A stretch of 64,000 nt of DNA from Vagococcus sp. (lineage in GTDB: Bacteria > Bacillota > Bacilli > Lactobacillales > Vagococcaceae). The DNA is taken from contig NZ_JAVWHO010000004.1 in assembly GCF_036639995.1 (NCBI RefSeq), positions 4,045 through 68,044 on the forward strand, given 5' to 3'. Below the pieces are notes generated by a model. That model did not search any database. It was not told the origin of the DNA and worked only from the letters and a program-made list of their open reading frames with translations. Position 1 is the stretch's first letter; the number at the start of each line of letters is the position of its first letter. A program made the translations under genes and the position numbers. Below, in pieces: positions 48,601 through 59,087 of the stretch.

Positions 48601-49968
48601 ATGAAAGAAACGATACATATATTACATACCAATGATTTACACTCGCATTTTGAAAACTGGCCAAAAATCAGACGGTTTTTAACTGAAAAAACAACTCAAT
48701 ATGAAAAAGGAGGAATCGATTATACCCTCACTGATTTAGGTGATTTTATGGATCGCTATCACCCTTTGACAGATGCAACAAATGGCCTAGCAAATATTGA
48801 AATAATGAATCAAGTACCATATGATTATGTGACTATTGGAAATAATGAAGGAATAACAAACAGTAAGCAGCAATTAAATAATTTATATCAAGAGGCGAAT
48901 TTTAAAATTCTTTTAGCCAATCTACTAGATAAAGAGACAATGTCAATTCCTGAATGGGCAGATGTATACCAAATTAAACGGTCAAAAAAAGGAACCAAAA
49001 TCGGCTTTATCGGTTTAACTGCACCAATTGACATGTCTTATGAATCGTTCGGATGGGAAGCGTTAGATCCAATTGAAACATTAAATGTTTGGTTACCCGA
49101 ATTGAAGAAAAAAGTAGATGTGATTGTTTTATTATCTCACTTAGGATATCCAGACGACAAAATAATCGCAGAAACATTTCCTGAAATTGATGTGATTATT
49201 GAATCTCATACACATCATCTTTTCAAAGCAGGCAAGATGGAAAATGAAGTACTTTTAGCAGCAGCAGGAAAATTCGGATTTTACATTGGAGATGTTGAAT
49301 TAGTTATCGAAAACGGAAAAGTTATTTCTAAGTCAGCTGAAACAATGGAGACAGCAACTTTAAAAGAGCAAACGATTGATATGGTAGAAATAACCAATTA
49401 TCAAGTTGAAGGTGAAAACTTATTAAGTGATCAAGTTGTAGGTGTTCTCCCAACAGAATTTGAACAAAATTCTAATTTAATGACTTTAACACTTGAAGCC
49501 ATGAAAGATTACGGGCAAACTGATGTAGCTATTTTAAATACAGGAGTTATCTTAACTGATTTAAAGAAAGGTAAAATAACAAAGAAAGACCTTCATGAGT
49601 GCTTACCCCATCCAATGAATTTGATAAAAGTAACACTAAAAGGACGCGACGTGCGACGGTTAGTGTATGAAATAGAACGTTCTAGAGGATTTCTATTTAA
49701 ATTTAAAGTAGTAGGTATGAAATTTAGAGGAAAATATTTTGGTGAAATGTGTTATGATGGTCTTACTTATTGTAAAAAATCACATGAAGTAAAATGGCGT
49801 GGTCAAGTGATTGATGATGATAGAGAGTATGAGTTAGTTACAGTAGACCATCTGTCTTTTTTACCTTTTTTTCCAACTATTGAAATAGCAGGAAAAATTA
49901 AAATGTTAAGTTCAGATTTTTTAAGAACTGTGTTAGGGTCATATATTGAAAAAAAGTTTAGTAAATAA
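48601..49968 (+). CDS. Metallophosphoesterase/5'-nucleotidase (YunD-like)
   Basis: HTNDLHSH, DLGD, IGNNE, LSHLG, SHTHH, CLPHPMN. Confidence 0.9.
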   Translation: MKETIHILHTNDLHSHFENWPKIRRFLTEKTTQYEKGGIDYTLTDLGDFMDRYHPLTDATNGLANIEIMNQVPYDYVTIGNNEGITNSKQQLNNLYQEANFKILLANLLDKETMSIPEWADVYQIKRSKKGTKIGFIGLTAPIDMSYESFGWEALDPIETLNVWLPELKKKVDVIVLLSHLGYPDDKIIAETFPEIDVIIESHTHHLFKAGKMENEVLLAAAGKFGFYIGDVELVIENGKVISKSAETMETATLKEQTIDMVEITNYQVEGENLLSDQVVGVLPTEFEQNSNLMTLTLEAMKDYGQTDVAILNTGVILTDLKKGKITKKDLHECLPHPMNLIKVTLKGRDVRRLVYEIERSRGFLFKFKVVGMKFRGKYFGEMCYDGLTYCKKSHEVKWRGQVIDDDREYELVTVDHLSFLPFFPTIEIAGKIKMLSSDFLRTVLGSYIEKKFSK

Positions 49969-49981
49969 TAGAGGTGTAATA

Positions 49982-50590
49982 ATGTCTAAAGAAAGCAAAA
50001 ATGAGTCAGTAGTAGAAGCCTCAGTAGAAGTTGAAGAAGAGGTTGATGAAGTCTTACAAGAGATGCTGGCGAATTTCAAACCAGAAAGTTTTCCATTAGC
50101 TAATGGAACGTACAAACTAGTTAAGAACTATCGTGATGGATTTGATTATGAAGCACTGATTAAACGCTATAATGATGTATTGGAAAAATATGATTATATT
50201 GTTGGTGATTGGGGCTATGACCAACTTAGGTTAAAAGGTTTCTTTATTGATGATTTTAAAGGAGCACCAGTTGATGCTAAAATCAGCACGTTAGAAGATT
50301 ATCTATATGAGTATTGTAATTTTGGTTGTGCGTTTTTTGTCATCCAACAAATTGGAGATTTTAAAAGGCGTGGAAGAACAAATCAAGGCCCGAATAAGAA
50401 AAGTAATAAACCTAAAAATAAAGCTTATACAGACGAGAAAAAATTTAACAATAATAATAAAAAAAATAAGAAACCAAAATTTAAAAGTAAACCACAACAA
50501 AGTGCTCAACCAAAAAAAAATACAAGTAAAGCAAAAGAATCAGCGTCACCTAAGCATCAATTTACAATAAGAAAAAAAGAAACAGATTAA
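49982..50590 (+). CDS. yutD: YutD-family protein with K/N-rich tail; start revised to ATG 49982
   Basis: [19 protein letters not shown] and [13 protein letters not shown]. Confidence 0.92.
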   Translation: MSKESKNESVVEASVEVEEEVDEVLQEMLANFKPESFPLANGTYKLVKNYRDGFDYEALIKRYNDVLEKYDYIVGDWGYDQLRLKGFFIDDFKGAPVDAKISTLEDYLYEYCNFGCAFFVIQQIGDFKRRGRTNQGPNKKSNKPKNKAYTDEKKFNNNNKKNKKPKFKSKPQQSAQPKKNTSKAKESASPKHQFTIRKKETD

Positions 50591-50600
50591 GAGGGTAATT

Positions 50601-51365
50601 ATGACATATAAAGGTTATTTAATTGATTTAGATGGAACTATCTATTTGGGTGAAAAGCCAATTGAAGCAGGTAAACGATTTGTTGATAGATTGCAAGAAA
50701 AAGAAATACCTTTTCTCTTTGTAACGAATAATACAACCAAAACACCTGAGGCCGTTCAAAATAGATTGGCAACTATTTTTGATATTCATGTACCAAAAGA
50801 AACGGTCTATACAGCTACATTAGCGACAGTTGATTACATGAAGGAAAAATCTTTGGGAAATAAAGTGTATGTTATCGGGGAAGAAGGCTTAAAGGAAGGA
50901 ATATTCTCATCTGGTTTTAAGTTAGAAGAGGATCATCCTGATTATGTCGTTGTAGGTCTAGACTCAGAAATCACCTATGAAAAATTAATTGTTGCGACAC
51001 TTGCGATTAAAAATGGTGCGCACTTTATCGGAACAAACCCAGATAAAAATATTCCAACAGAGCGCGGGTTATTACCAGGGGCGGGAAGTTTGATTGCACT
51101 ACTTGAAACATCAACCCAAACAAAACCAGTGATTATTGGAAAACCTGAAGCGATTATTATGAACAAAGCGTTAGAAAAATTACAATTAACAAAAAAAGAA
51201 GTCATCATGGTTGGTGATAATTACGAAACAGATATTAAGGCTGGAATTAATAATGATATCGATACGTTACTTGTGTTAACAGGTTTTACTAAAAAAGAAG
51301 ATGTTCCTAAGTTACCTGTCCAACCAACTGTTGTGATTGATTCTCTAGATGATTGGCATTTTTAA
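50601..51365 (+). CDS. HAD-superfamily IIA hydrolase (TIGR01457, YutF/NagD-like)
   Basis: [26 protein letters not shown]. Confidence 0.93.
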   Translation: MTYKGYLIDLDGTIYLGEKPIEAGKRFVDRLQEKEIPFLFVTNNTTKTPEAVQNRLATIFDIHVPKETVYTATLATVDYMKEKSLGNKVYVIGEEGLKEGIFSSGFKLEEDHPDYVVVGLDSEITYEKLIVATLAIKNGAHFIGTNPDKNIPTERGLLPGAGSLIALLETSTQTKPVIIGKPEAIIMNKALEKLQLTKKEVIMVGDNYETDIKAGINNDIDTLLVLTGFTKKEDVPKLPVQPTVVIDSLDDWHF

Positions 51366-51366
51366 A

Positions 51367-52002
51367 ATGAAGCAGTTAAAGAGAATTAGTGAAGTAGCAA
51401 TCGTAGTTTTATTTTTACTAACTCTTGCTATCACGTTGACCATTAATTCAAAATGGTTATATTTAATTGATATCAATTCGTTAGATATTATGGATTATCT
51501 AGATGTAACTAGATCAGAATTAGTTAAAAACTATGAGCAATTGATGAATTATCTCAATTTTTTCTGGATTAATCCACTAAAAATGACAGATTTTCCAGTC
51601 TCAGAAAGTGGTGCTTTGCATTTTTATGAAGTAAAGCGACTGTTTCAAATTAATTATGCTGTTCTTATTATATCTATAGCTCCTAGTTTTATGATATTAA
51701 AGAATCGATTTAAAACGGGAAGACTATGGCTGTTTATTAGACCTTTTTCTTATTTATTAGCTGGTTTAATCGCGTTAATTATTTTTATGGCGGCAGCATT
51801 TGATATTTTCTTTGTTAAGTTTCATGAAGTCTTTTTTAATAATGACGCATGGGTATTCAATCCTGTGACGGATCCTATTATATTAGCGTTGCCTGAAGAA
51901 TACTTTATGCATTGTTTTATCCTGTTTTTTGTTTTGTTTATCGGTTTTCTTTGTTTAGTTATACTACTTGGAAAAAATCAATTGAAAAAATTACAAAAAT
52001 GA
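51367..52002 (+). CDS. TIGR01906-family membrane protein
   Basis: SESGALHFYEVK and FVKFHEVFFNNDAWVFNPVTDPIILALPEEYF. Confidence 0.9.
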   Translation: MKQLKRISEVAIVVLFLLTLAITLTINSKWLYLIDINSLDIMDYLDVTRSELVKNYEQLMNYLNFFWINPLKMTDFPVSESGALHFYEVKRLFQINYAVLIISIAPSFMILKNRFKTGRLWLFIRPFSYLLAGLIALIIFMAAAFDIFFVKFHEVFFNNDAWVFNPVTDPIILALPEEYFMHCFILFFVLFIGFLCLVILLGKNQLKKLQK

Positions 52003-52038
52003 GGCTTTCACTAAGATATTTAGTGAAAACCTCATTTT

Positions 52039-52533
52039 TTAATTTGGTTTAGAATGAGCCAAGCGACTAGCAGCTGCTGCAGCAATTGCGCCAACAATAT
52101 CGTCTAGAAAAGTATGAACTTTTCCTTCTTCATGAGAATTTAGTTTGGCTAAGATTCCAGGTTTTACTTTATCAATGTAACCATAATTAGTAAAGCCAAT
52201 AGAACCATAAACATTCACGATAGATAAAGCCATGATTTCATCAATACCGTATAAACTTTCGTCTGATTCAACAATTTCTTGAAGTGGTTCTAAAAGTTTT
52301 CCTTCTTCAGCAAGAATATCAAGTTGAATTCCAGTTACAATGGCGTTTTGAACTTCTCTTTTTTCAAGAACGGCTTCAACATTCGCTTTGCATGTATCTA
52401 AAGTTAGATTATCAACGTAATCATTTTGTAGAAAATAAACCAAATCTGCCATGTCATCTAAGGTAACGCCACGTTCATTAAGTAATTTTTTAGCGTTTTC
52501 TCTTAGTGTTTCTTTTTTTACTATCATATACAT
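52039..52533 (-). CDS. Phosphatidylglycerophosphatase A family (YutG/LtrC-like)
   Basis: YGIDE, YGSIGFTNYG..DK.KPG, FLDDIVGAIAAAA. Confidence 0.9.
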   Translation of the reverse strand: MYMIVKKETLRENAKKLLNERGVTLDDMADLVYFLQNDYVDNLTLDTCKANVEAVLEKREVQNAIVTGIQLDILAEEGKLLEPLQEIVESDESLYGIDEIMALSIVNVYGSIGFTNYGYIDKVKPGILAKLNSHEEGKVHTFLDDIVGAIAAAAASRLAHSKPN

Positions 52534-52593
52534 TCACCCTCTTAATGATAACTATTATACAAAATTAAATTAATAAGTACAAGATGATCCTGT

Positions 52594-53580
52594 TTATTCA
52601 TATAAACTCGTACTATGCATTGGTTGAAGACGCTCAGTTGGGTTAATAAAATGAATCGCGTTATTTACCGCAGTAGGAGCTTCACCAAAGCCTGTTGCAA
52701 TTAATTTTACTTTTCCTTCATAAGTACTGATATCGCCAATAGCAAAAATACCAGGTGTTGAAGTTTCAGTACTTGTTTTAGCTAATATAGATAAACCTTT
52801 AAATTCTAAAGGCCATTTTTTTATAGGACCAAGAGAAGAAGAAAATCCATAATTAACAATCAGATGGTCTAACGGTATAGTTTCTTCAATTTCTTTTTTA
52901 GGATTTATTATTGTAATGGATTCCATCTTATCATTAGCTTGATTTAATGAGTCAATCACAAATGGTGTTTTTATGACAATTGATGACTCGTGTAATTTAT
53001 TAACACTGTGTTCATGTGCTCTAAATTGAGGTCTTCGGTGCACAATAGTGACACTTGAAGCAACTTCTTCTAGCATTAATGCCCAGTCAACAGCAGAATC
53101 TCCACCACCACAAATGACAACATCTTTATTTGAAAAAGCATTCATATCTTTGATGTAGTAATGAAGTTGCTTTCTCTCTAAGTCTTCATTTCCCTCAACG
53201 TTTAACCTTCTTGGTTGAAATGAACCATTTCCAGCTGCAATAATAATTGATTTAGAATAATGAATTTCTTTATCGGTTGTTAGTGTAAAATACTCTTCCT
53301 TTTTTTCAAAAGAAATAACTTCTTCTTCTAAACAAACACTATGATTGAAAGGTTCAATTTGCTTAATCAAAGAATTAACTAAATCTTGCGCTTTGACATT
53401 CGGAAAACCAGCTACATCATAAATGAGCTTTTCTGGATAAAGTAGTGAGAGTTGTCCACCTAATTCTGGTAACACATCAATAATTTTTGTCTTAGCACCA
53501 CGCATACCAGCATAAAATCCAGCAAAAAGGCCAGCAGGTCCGCCACCAATAATTGTAATATCATATATATTTTCGTTCAT
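52594..53580 (-). CDS. Ferredoxin/flavodoxin-NADP(+) reductase (YumC type)
   Basis: GGGPAG, YPEKLIYDVAG, GGGDSAVDW with no CxxC, GKVKLIATGFGE, C-terminal HSTS. Confidence 0.92.
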   Translation of the reverse strand: MNENIYDITIIGGGPAGLFAGFYAGMRGAKTKIIDVLPELGGQLSLLYPEKLIYDVAGFPNVKAQDLVNSLIKQIEPFNHSVCLEEEVISFEKKEEYFTLTTDKEIHYSKSIIIAAGNGSFQPRRLNVEGNEDLERKQLHYYIKDMNAFSNKDVVICGGGDSAVDWALMLEEVASSVTIVHRRPQFRAHEHSVNKLHESSIVIKTPFVIDSLNQANDKMESITIINPKKEIEETIPLDHLIVNYGFSSSLGPIKKWPLEFKGLSILAKTSTETSTPGIFAIGDISTYEGKVKLIATGFGEAPTAVNNAIHFINPTERLQPMHSTSLYE

Positions 53581-53669
53581 TTAATCGACTCCTTTACATG
53601 TGAATCACCTCTGTAAGTATAAAATAGTTGTTATGAAATTGATACTTTTTTGATTTAAATTAAAAACAA

Positions 53670-53710
53670 TTGACGTGTGACACGGTGTCATATATAATGA
53701 CATCATGTCA
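53670..53710 (+). promoter_or_regulatory. Promoter with two palindromic operators upstream of the TetR-ABC operon
   Basis: TTGACG(53670)-N17-TATAAT(53693). TGACAC-G-GTGTCA at 53678-53690 and TGACAT-C-ATGTCA at 53698-53710. Confidence 0.75.
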
Positions 53711-53728
53711 TAAAAGAGGAGGAAAGAC

Positions 53729-54400
53729 ATGCCAACACAAACTTTTTTTAGGTTGGAAAGTGAAAAGCAAGAAAAAATAATTTCAGCAGCCAAAAAAGAA
53801 TTCTCAAACGTTCCGATTCACGAAGCGTCAATTGCTAATATTATTAAAGAGGCTGAGATTCCTCGAGGTAGTTTTTATCAATATTTTTCTGGTAAAGAGG
53901 ATTTATTTTACTACTTATTTGATTCTGTTAGAAAAGCACCGGAAACATATTTTTTGATGTGTTTAAAAGAAGAAAATGGCAATATTTTTGAAACATTTAA
54001 AAAATTTTTCCCGAAATTTGTAAAAGGAGTATTTGAAGGAGAAGATGCATTATTTTTGAAAAATATCTTTTTGCATATGAATTATAAAAGTTCAGTTCGT
54101 TTTATGATGAGTGAAATGAATGAAGAGGAAAAAGAAGCTCATATTAAGCATATGAAAAATCACCGGAAAGACTCAGAGCTAAGTTTTTCTAAAATAACGG
54201 AGATGGTGGACCAAGATAGTTTAAAAATAAATTCTGAAAGAGAGTTTAAAATACTGTTTCGTCAATTATGGACAATGGTTTTAAATACAGTAAATGAAGG
54301 ATACCGAATGAAATACCATGAAAAAGAATTTGATTTAGAATTATTAATTAATGATTTTAATATGAAAATAAACTGGTTAGAATTTGGTATTTTAAAGTAG
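53729..54400 (+). CDS. TetR/AcrR-family regulator
   Basis: SIANIIKEAEIPRGSFYQYFSGKEDL HTH. Confidence 0.93.
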   Translation: MPTQTFFRLESEKQEKIISAAKKEFSNVPIHEASIANIIKEAEIPRGSFYQYFSGKEDLFYYLFDSVRKAPETYFLMCLKEENGNIFETFKKFFPKFVKGVFEGEDALFLKNIFLHMNYKSSVRFMMSEMNEEEKEAHIKHMKNHRKDSELSFSKITEMVDQDSLKINSEREFKILFRQLWTMVLNTVNEGYRMKYHEKEFDLELLINDFNMKINWLEFGILK

Positions 54401-54419
54401 CAGAAATGGAAGTGAAACT

Positions 54420-56138
54420 ATGTTAAAAATGATTAAACGAATGTCTCCGTGGGCAATTACTGGAGCCATTCTTTTTATGGTAATTCAAATCACTAGTGAT
54501 TTATATTTACCAACCTTAACATCAAATATTATTGATAAAGGGGTAACAAAAGGTGATACCGATTATATTATCCAAATTGGTATCATAATGATAGGTGTCT
54601 CTCTGATTGGTATTACAGCTTCTGTTTTTAATACCTTAATTGCTTCAAGGGAAGCACAAAAACTAGGAAGAAATTTACGTTCTGATATCTATTCAAAAGT
54701 AGAACATTCTTCAAATTTAGAATTTGAAAAAATTGGAACAGCTTCTTTAATCACAAGAACAACCAATGATGTGAATCAAATCCAAATGGTAACGCAAATG
54801 TCTCTTAGACTAATGATAAACGCTCCGATTACATTGATTGGTGCAAGCATCTTGGCTTATACAAGAGATCCTGATTTAACTAAAATATTTATTTATATTA
54901 TCCCAGTCTTGTTAACTGTGGTGGGTGTCATTATGTTTTTTGCTACACCTCTTTTCAAAAGTTTACAAGAAAAAACAGATAAGCTTAATTTAGTATTTAG
55001 AGAAGGGTTGACGGGTGTCAGAGTCATTCGTGCGTTTAATCAAAATAAATTTGAAGAAAAACGGTTTGATAATGTCAATAAAGATTACACACAAACAGCC
55101 ATCAAAGTAAATATGCTAATGAGCTTTTTACTACCAATCATTACACTGATTATTAGTGTAACGAATGTTTCTATTGTATGGTTTGGTGGTCATAACATTG
55201 CTGAGGGAACGTTAGAAGTTGGTAATATGATGGCGTTTATGACATATGCTATGCAAATTTTAATGAGTTTTATGATGATGACAATGATCTTTATTTTTGT
55301 CCCAAGGGCACAAGCTTCAGCTGTTAGAATTAATGAAGTTTTGGATATGGAAAACAGTATCAAAGATAGTAAGCAACCTAAAAACTTCGGAAGTAAAAAA
55401 GAATTAGTTTTTAATAACGTTCTTTTTAGATACCCAGGTGCTGAAAAACCAGCTATTTCACAAGTTGATTTTTCTAGTAATTCAGGTGAAACTATTGCAA
55501 TCATTGGTGGGACTGGGTCTGGAAAATCAACATTAATTAATTTGATCCCTAGATTTTATGATGTTGAAGAAGGTCAAATTATTGTTAATGAACAAAATAT
55601 TAAAGAAGTCAATCAAGTTGCATTAAGAGAAAAAATAGGATACGTTCCACAGAAAACATTATTATTTACAGGTACTATTCGTTCGAATATGGCATATGGT
55701 AATAAAAACGTATCAGATGAAGAAATTTGGCAGGCGTTAGAAATTTCTCAATCAAAAGAGTTTGTTGAAAAACTTCCTGATGGATTGGACACAAAAGTAG
55801 AACAAGGTGGTTCAAACTTTTCTGGTGGTCAAAGACAACGACTTTCCATTGCGAGAGCACTAGCAAAAAAATCTGATATTTACATTTTTGATGATTCTTT
55901 TTCAGCCTTGGATTTTAAAACGGATGCGTTATTAAGAAAAGCATTGAAAGAATCGATGACAGAAGCAATTGTTATTATTGTTGCTCAAAGAATTAGTACA
56001 GTTGTTGATGCAGATCAAATTTTAGTTCTTGATGAAGGAATTATGGTTGGAAAAGGAACACATAACGAATTGAAAGAATCTAATAAAACCTATCAAGAAA
56101 TTATTCAATCACAACTTAGAGAGGAGGAAATAGCATGA
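54420..56138 (+). CDS. Heterodimeric ABC exporter subunit 1 (degenerate NBD)
   Basis: TMD plus NBD; GGTGSGKS, FSGGQ, Walker B FDDSF (Glu to Asp), H-loop VAQR. Confidence 0.94.
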   Translation: MLKMIKRMSPWAITGAILFMVIQITSDLYLPTLTSNIIDKGVTKGDTDYIIQIGIIMIGVSLIGITASVFNTLIASREAQKLGRNLRSDIYSKVEHSSNLEFEKIGTASLITRTTNDVNQIQMVTQMSLRLMINAPITLIGASILAYTRDPDLTKIFIYIIPVLLTVVGVIMFFATPLFKSLQEKTDKLNLVFREGLTGVRVIRAFNQNKFEEKRFDNVNKDYTQTAIKVNMLMSFLLPIITLIISVTNVSIVWFGGHNIAEGTLEVGNMMAFMTYAMQILMSFMMMTMIFIFVPRAQASAVRINEVLDMENSIKDSKQPKNFGSKKELVFNNVLFRYPGAEKPAISQVDFSSNSGETIAIIGGTGSGKSTLINLIPRFYDVEEGQIIVNEQNIKEVNQVALREKIGYVPQKTLLFTGTIRSNMAYGNKNVSDEEIWQALEISQSKEFVEKLPDGLDTKVEQGGSNFSGGQRQRLSIARALAKKSDIYIFDDSFSALDFKTDALLRKALKESMTEAIVIIVAQRISTVVDADQILVLDEGIMVGKGTHNELKESNKTYQEIIQSQLREEEIA

Positions 56139-57988
56139 GTAAAGGACCAATGAATCGCGGTCATGGGGCAAAAGGAAAAGTAGATAAACCAAAATACTTT
56201 TGGAAAACGACTAAACGATTAATGAGATATATTTCTAAAAAAGTTTACTTAATAATTATGGTTTTTATTTTAGCTATTACCTCAACTATTTTCCAGATTA
56301 GAACACCTAAAATTTTAGGGGAAGCTACAACAGAAATATTTAAAGGGTTAATGAAAGGAAAAGCTCAGATTGCTCAAGGAATGAAATTGGATAAGGTGCC
56401 TATTGATTTTGATAAGATATGGGGCATTATTCTAATTGTTTTAGGCATGTACGCAGCTTCAGCTGTCTTTAGTTTAATTCAACAATTTATTATGACTCGT
56501 ATTTCTCAAAATACAGTGTATCAACTTCGTAAAGAGTTGAAAGATAAAATGAGTAGAGTTCCTATTTCTTATTATGATACACATACTAATGGTGACATTA
56601 TGTCTCGAGCAATCAATGATATGGATAATATTTCAGGAACACTTCAGCAAAGTTTAACTCAGCTTGTAACAAGTGTGGTTATGTTCTTTGGTGTATTAAT
56701 TATGATGTTAAGTATTAGTTGGAAACTGACATTGGTTGCCTTTATTACGGTTCCTTTAAGTTTGATTGTAACAATGATGATTGCTCCAAAATCACAACGT
56801 TTCTTTTCTAATCAACAAAAATCTCTAGGATTATTAAATAATCAAATTGAAGAAACATATGGGGCACATTCAATTGTTAAGAGTTTTAATCATGAAGAAG
56901 AAAACACAAAATTGTTCGATGAACAAAATAAATTATTGTTTGAATCAGGATGGAAAGCACAATTTATTTCAGCCATGATTATGCCTTTGATGAATTTTAT
57001 TAAAAATATCAGTTACGTGTTTGTTGCTGTTATTGGAGGAATTCAAGTTGCAAACGGACAAATTACAATTGGTAATGTCCAAGCCTTTATGCAGTATACC
57101 AATCAATTTGCCCAACCATTAAGCCAAATGGCTAATTTAATCAATACTATTCAAGCTACAGTTGCTTCAGCTGAACGAATTTTTGAAGTGATGGATGAAG
57201 TAGAAATGACAGACGAGTTAGTGGATGTGCCAGCTACGATTTCATCTGATGCAGAAGTTTCCTTCCAACACGTTGAGTTTGGTTATAGTGAAGATGCAAT
57301 CTTGATGAATGATTTTAATTTAGACGTTGATAAAGGGCGAAAAGTAGCTATTGTAGGTCCAACAGGAGCTGGGAAAACAACGTTGATTAATTTATTAGAA
57401 CGTTTTTATGACGTATCAAATGGACATATTCTTTACCGTAATCAAGACATTAGAAATATGAAACGTGAAGAGTTGCGTGCTGATTTTTCTATGGTACTTC
57501 AAGAAACTTGGTTATTTACAGGCACAATTTTTGATAATATTAAATATGGAAATGAGCAAGCAACAGATGAAGAGATATATCAAGCAGCTAAAGCAGCTCG
57601 TGCAGATGATTTTATTCGTCGTTTGCCAAAAGGCTATGACACTATTCTAAATGAAGAAGCTTCCAATATTTCTCAAGGCCAACGCCAATTAGTAACCATT
57701 GCTCGTGCGTTTCTAGCCAATCCAGAAGTTTTAATTTTAGATGAAGCAACCTCAAGTGTTGACACAAGAACAGAAGTTTTAATTCAACATGCTATGGATG
57801 AATTGTTGAAAGGAAGAACAAGTTTTGTCGTTGCTCACCGTTTATCTACAATCAGAGATGCTGATAATATTATTGTGATGGATAAAGGTTCAATAGTAGA
57901 AACTGGAAACCATGATGTTCTTATGGAGAAAAATGGGTTTTATGCTGATTTATACAATAGTCAATTTAGTGGAAATGTTGCAATTTAA
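56135..57988 (+). CDS. Heterodimeric ABC exporter subunit 2 (consensus NBD)
   Basis: GPTGAGKT, ISQGQ, LDEATS, VAHR; TM287/288- or EfrAB-like asymmetry. Confidence 0.94.
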   Translation: MSKGPMNRGHGAKGKVDKPKYFWKTTKRLMRYISKKVYLIIMVFILAITSTIFQIRTPKILGEATTEIFKGLMKGKAQIAQGMKLDKVPIDFDKIWGIILIVLGMYAASAVFSLIQQFIMTRISQNTVYQLRKELKDKMSRVPISYYDTHTNGDIMSRAINDMDNISGTLQQSLTQLVTSVVMFFGVLIMMLSISWKLTLVAFITVPLSLIVTMMIAPKSQRFFSNQQKSLGLLNNQIEETYGAHSIVKSFNHEEENTKLFDEQNKLLFESGWKAQFISAMIMPLMNFIKNISYVFVAVIGGIQVANGQITIGNVQAFMQYTNQFAQPLSQMANLINTIQATVASAERIFEVMDEVEMTDELVDVPATISSDAEVSFQHVEFGYSEDAILMNDFNLDVDKGRKVAIVGPTGAGKTTLINLLERFYDVSNGHILYRNQDIRNMKREELRADFSMVLQETWLFTGTIFDNIKYGNEQATDEEIYQAAKAARADDFIRRLPKGYDTILNEEASNISQGQRQLVTIARAFLANPEVLILDEATSSVDTRTEVLIQHAMDELLKGRTSFVVAHRLSTIRDADNIIVMDKGSIVETGNHDVLMEKNGFYADLYNSQFSGNVAI

Positions 57989-58136
57989 GTAAAAATGACT
58001 GAAATTCTCATGAATATTTTTTTATTTTCTAATTATAGCTATATCATTAGTAAGTTTTTGTCGAAAGATGGTACAATAAACAACGAACGATTTATTAATG
58101 AAATTATCGGATAATATATTAGGAGGAATTAATTGT

Positions 58137-59012
58137 ATGGGAAGCTTTTCGTTAGACCCAAAAACTAAACTGGCGTCTGTAGCATTAAGAGTGAAGGATT
58201 TTGATAAAATGGTAGGATTTTATCGTCACGTTGTGAGGCTAGATTTAATTAATGAAGAAAACGACATGGCTATTATGGGAATTGGAGAAAAGAGAAGAAA
58301 GCTAGTAGGTTTGATTGCAACGCCAGAAGGTAAAGAAGATTCTAACACACGAACTGGCTTATATCATATGGCTTTTGTTTTTCCAACTCGTGAAGATTTT
58401 GCGTTGTTTATGAAGCATCTTATTTTGCTTAATTATCCGATTGAGGGAAAAAGTGATCACGGTTATTCAGAATCAGTTTATATCAATGACCCAGAAGGTA
58501 ATAGATTGGAATTTAGTTGGGATAAACCTAAAGAAGAGTGGCCACTTCTTGAAGGTAAGATTAATGGAGTAACAAAAGAATTAGACATTCAAAAATTCTT
58601 ATGTCGCGTAGAAGGAGAATTTGAAAGTATTCCAGAAGAGACAAAAGTTGGACATGTTCACCTTTCTGTGTTGGATTTAGAAGAAAGTTATCGTTTTTAT
58701 GTTGATAAACTAGGTTTCTTCATGAAAGATGATGATTTTGCGCATACTCACTTTTTAACAGTGAATGATTACCATCATCAAATTGCTTTAAATGAATGGA
58801 CGCCTGCTTCTCAGAAATCTTTTGCTAAAGAGACTGACTTGGGAGTGGATCATATTACATTTGATCTTCCAAATTTTGAATCATTACTTGAACTTAAAGA
58901 GCATTTGACAGAATCGGGAACAGAGTTTTATTTCAATAAAGGCAAAAAAATAATTGGTATTAGTGATCCAAACGGTATTCAATTATGGTTCATTGTTCTG
59001 AAAAAGCACTAA
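58137..59012 (+). CDS. VOC-family glyoxalase/dioxygenase (CatE-like)
   Basis: TGLYHMAF, DHGYSESVY.NDPEGN, GHVHL, YHHQIALN; AGGAGG SD. Confidence 0.88.
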   Translation: MGSFSLDPKTKLASVALRVKDFDKMVGFYRHVVRLDLINEENDMAIMGIGEKRRKLVGLIATPEGKEDSNTRTGLYHMAFVFPTREDFALFMKHLILLNYPIEGKSDHGYSESVYINDPEGNRLEFSWDKPKEEWPLLEGKINGVTKELDIQKFLCRVEGEFESIPEETKVGHVHLSVLDLEESYRFYVDKLGFFMKDDDFAHTHFLTVNDYHHQIALNEWTPASQKSFAKETDLGVDHITFDLPNFESLLELKEHLTESGTEFYFNKGKKIIGISDPNGIQLWFIVLKKH

Positions 59013-59087
59013 AAGAAAAGCTAAGGGAAAGTGTGAGACATTAAGTCTCTTTCCTTTGGCTTTTTTTGATAATAGGAGTGAAAAATA

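Noticed and set aside
54420-57988. Degenerate nucleotide-binding site in the ABC exporter pair
   Set aside because: Standard, well-described asymmetry of heterodimeric exporters; not novel.
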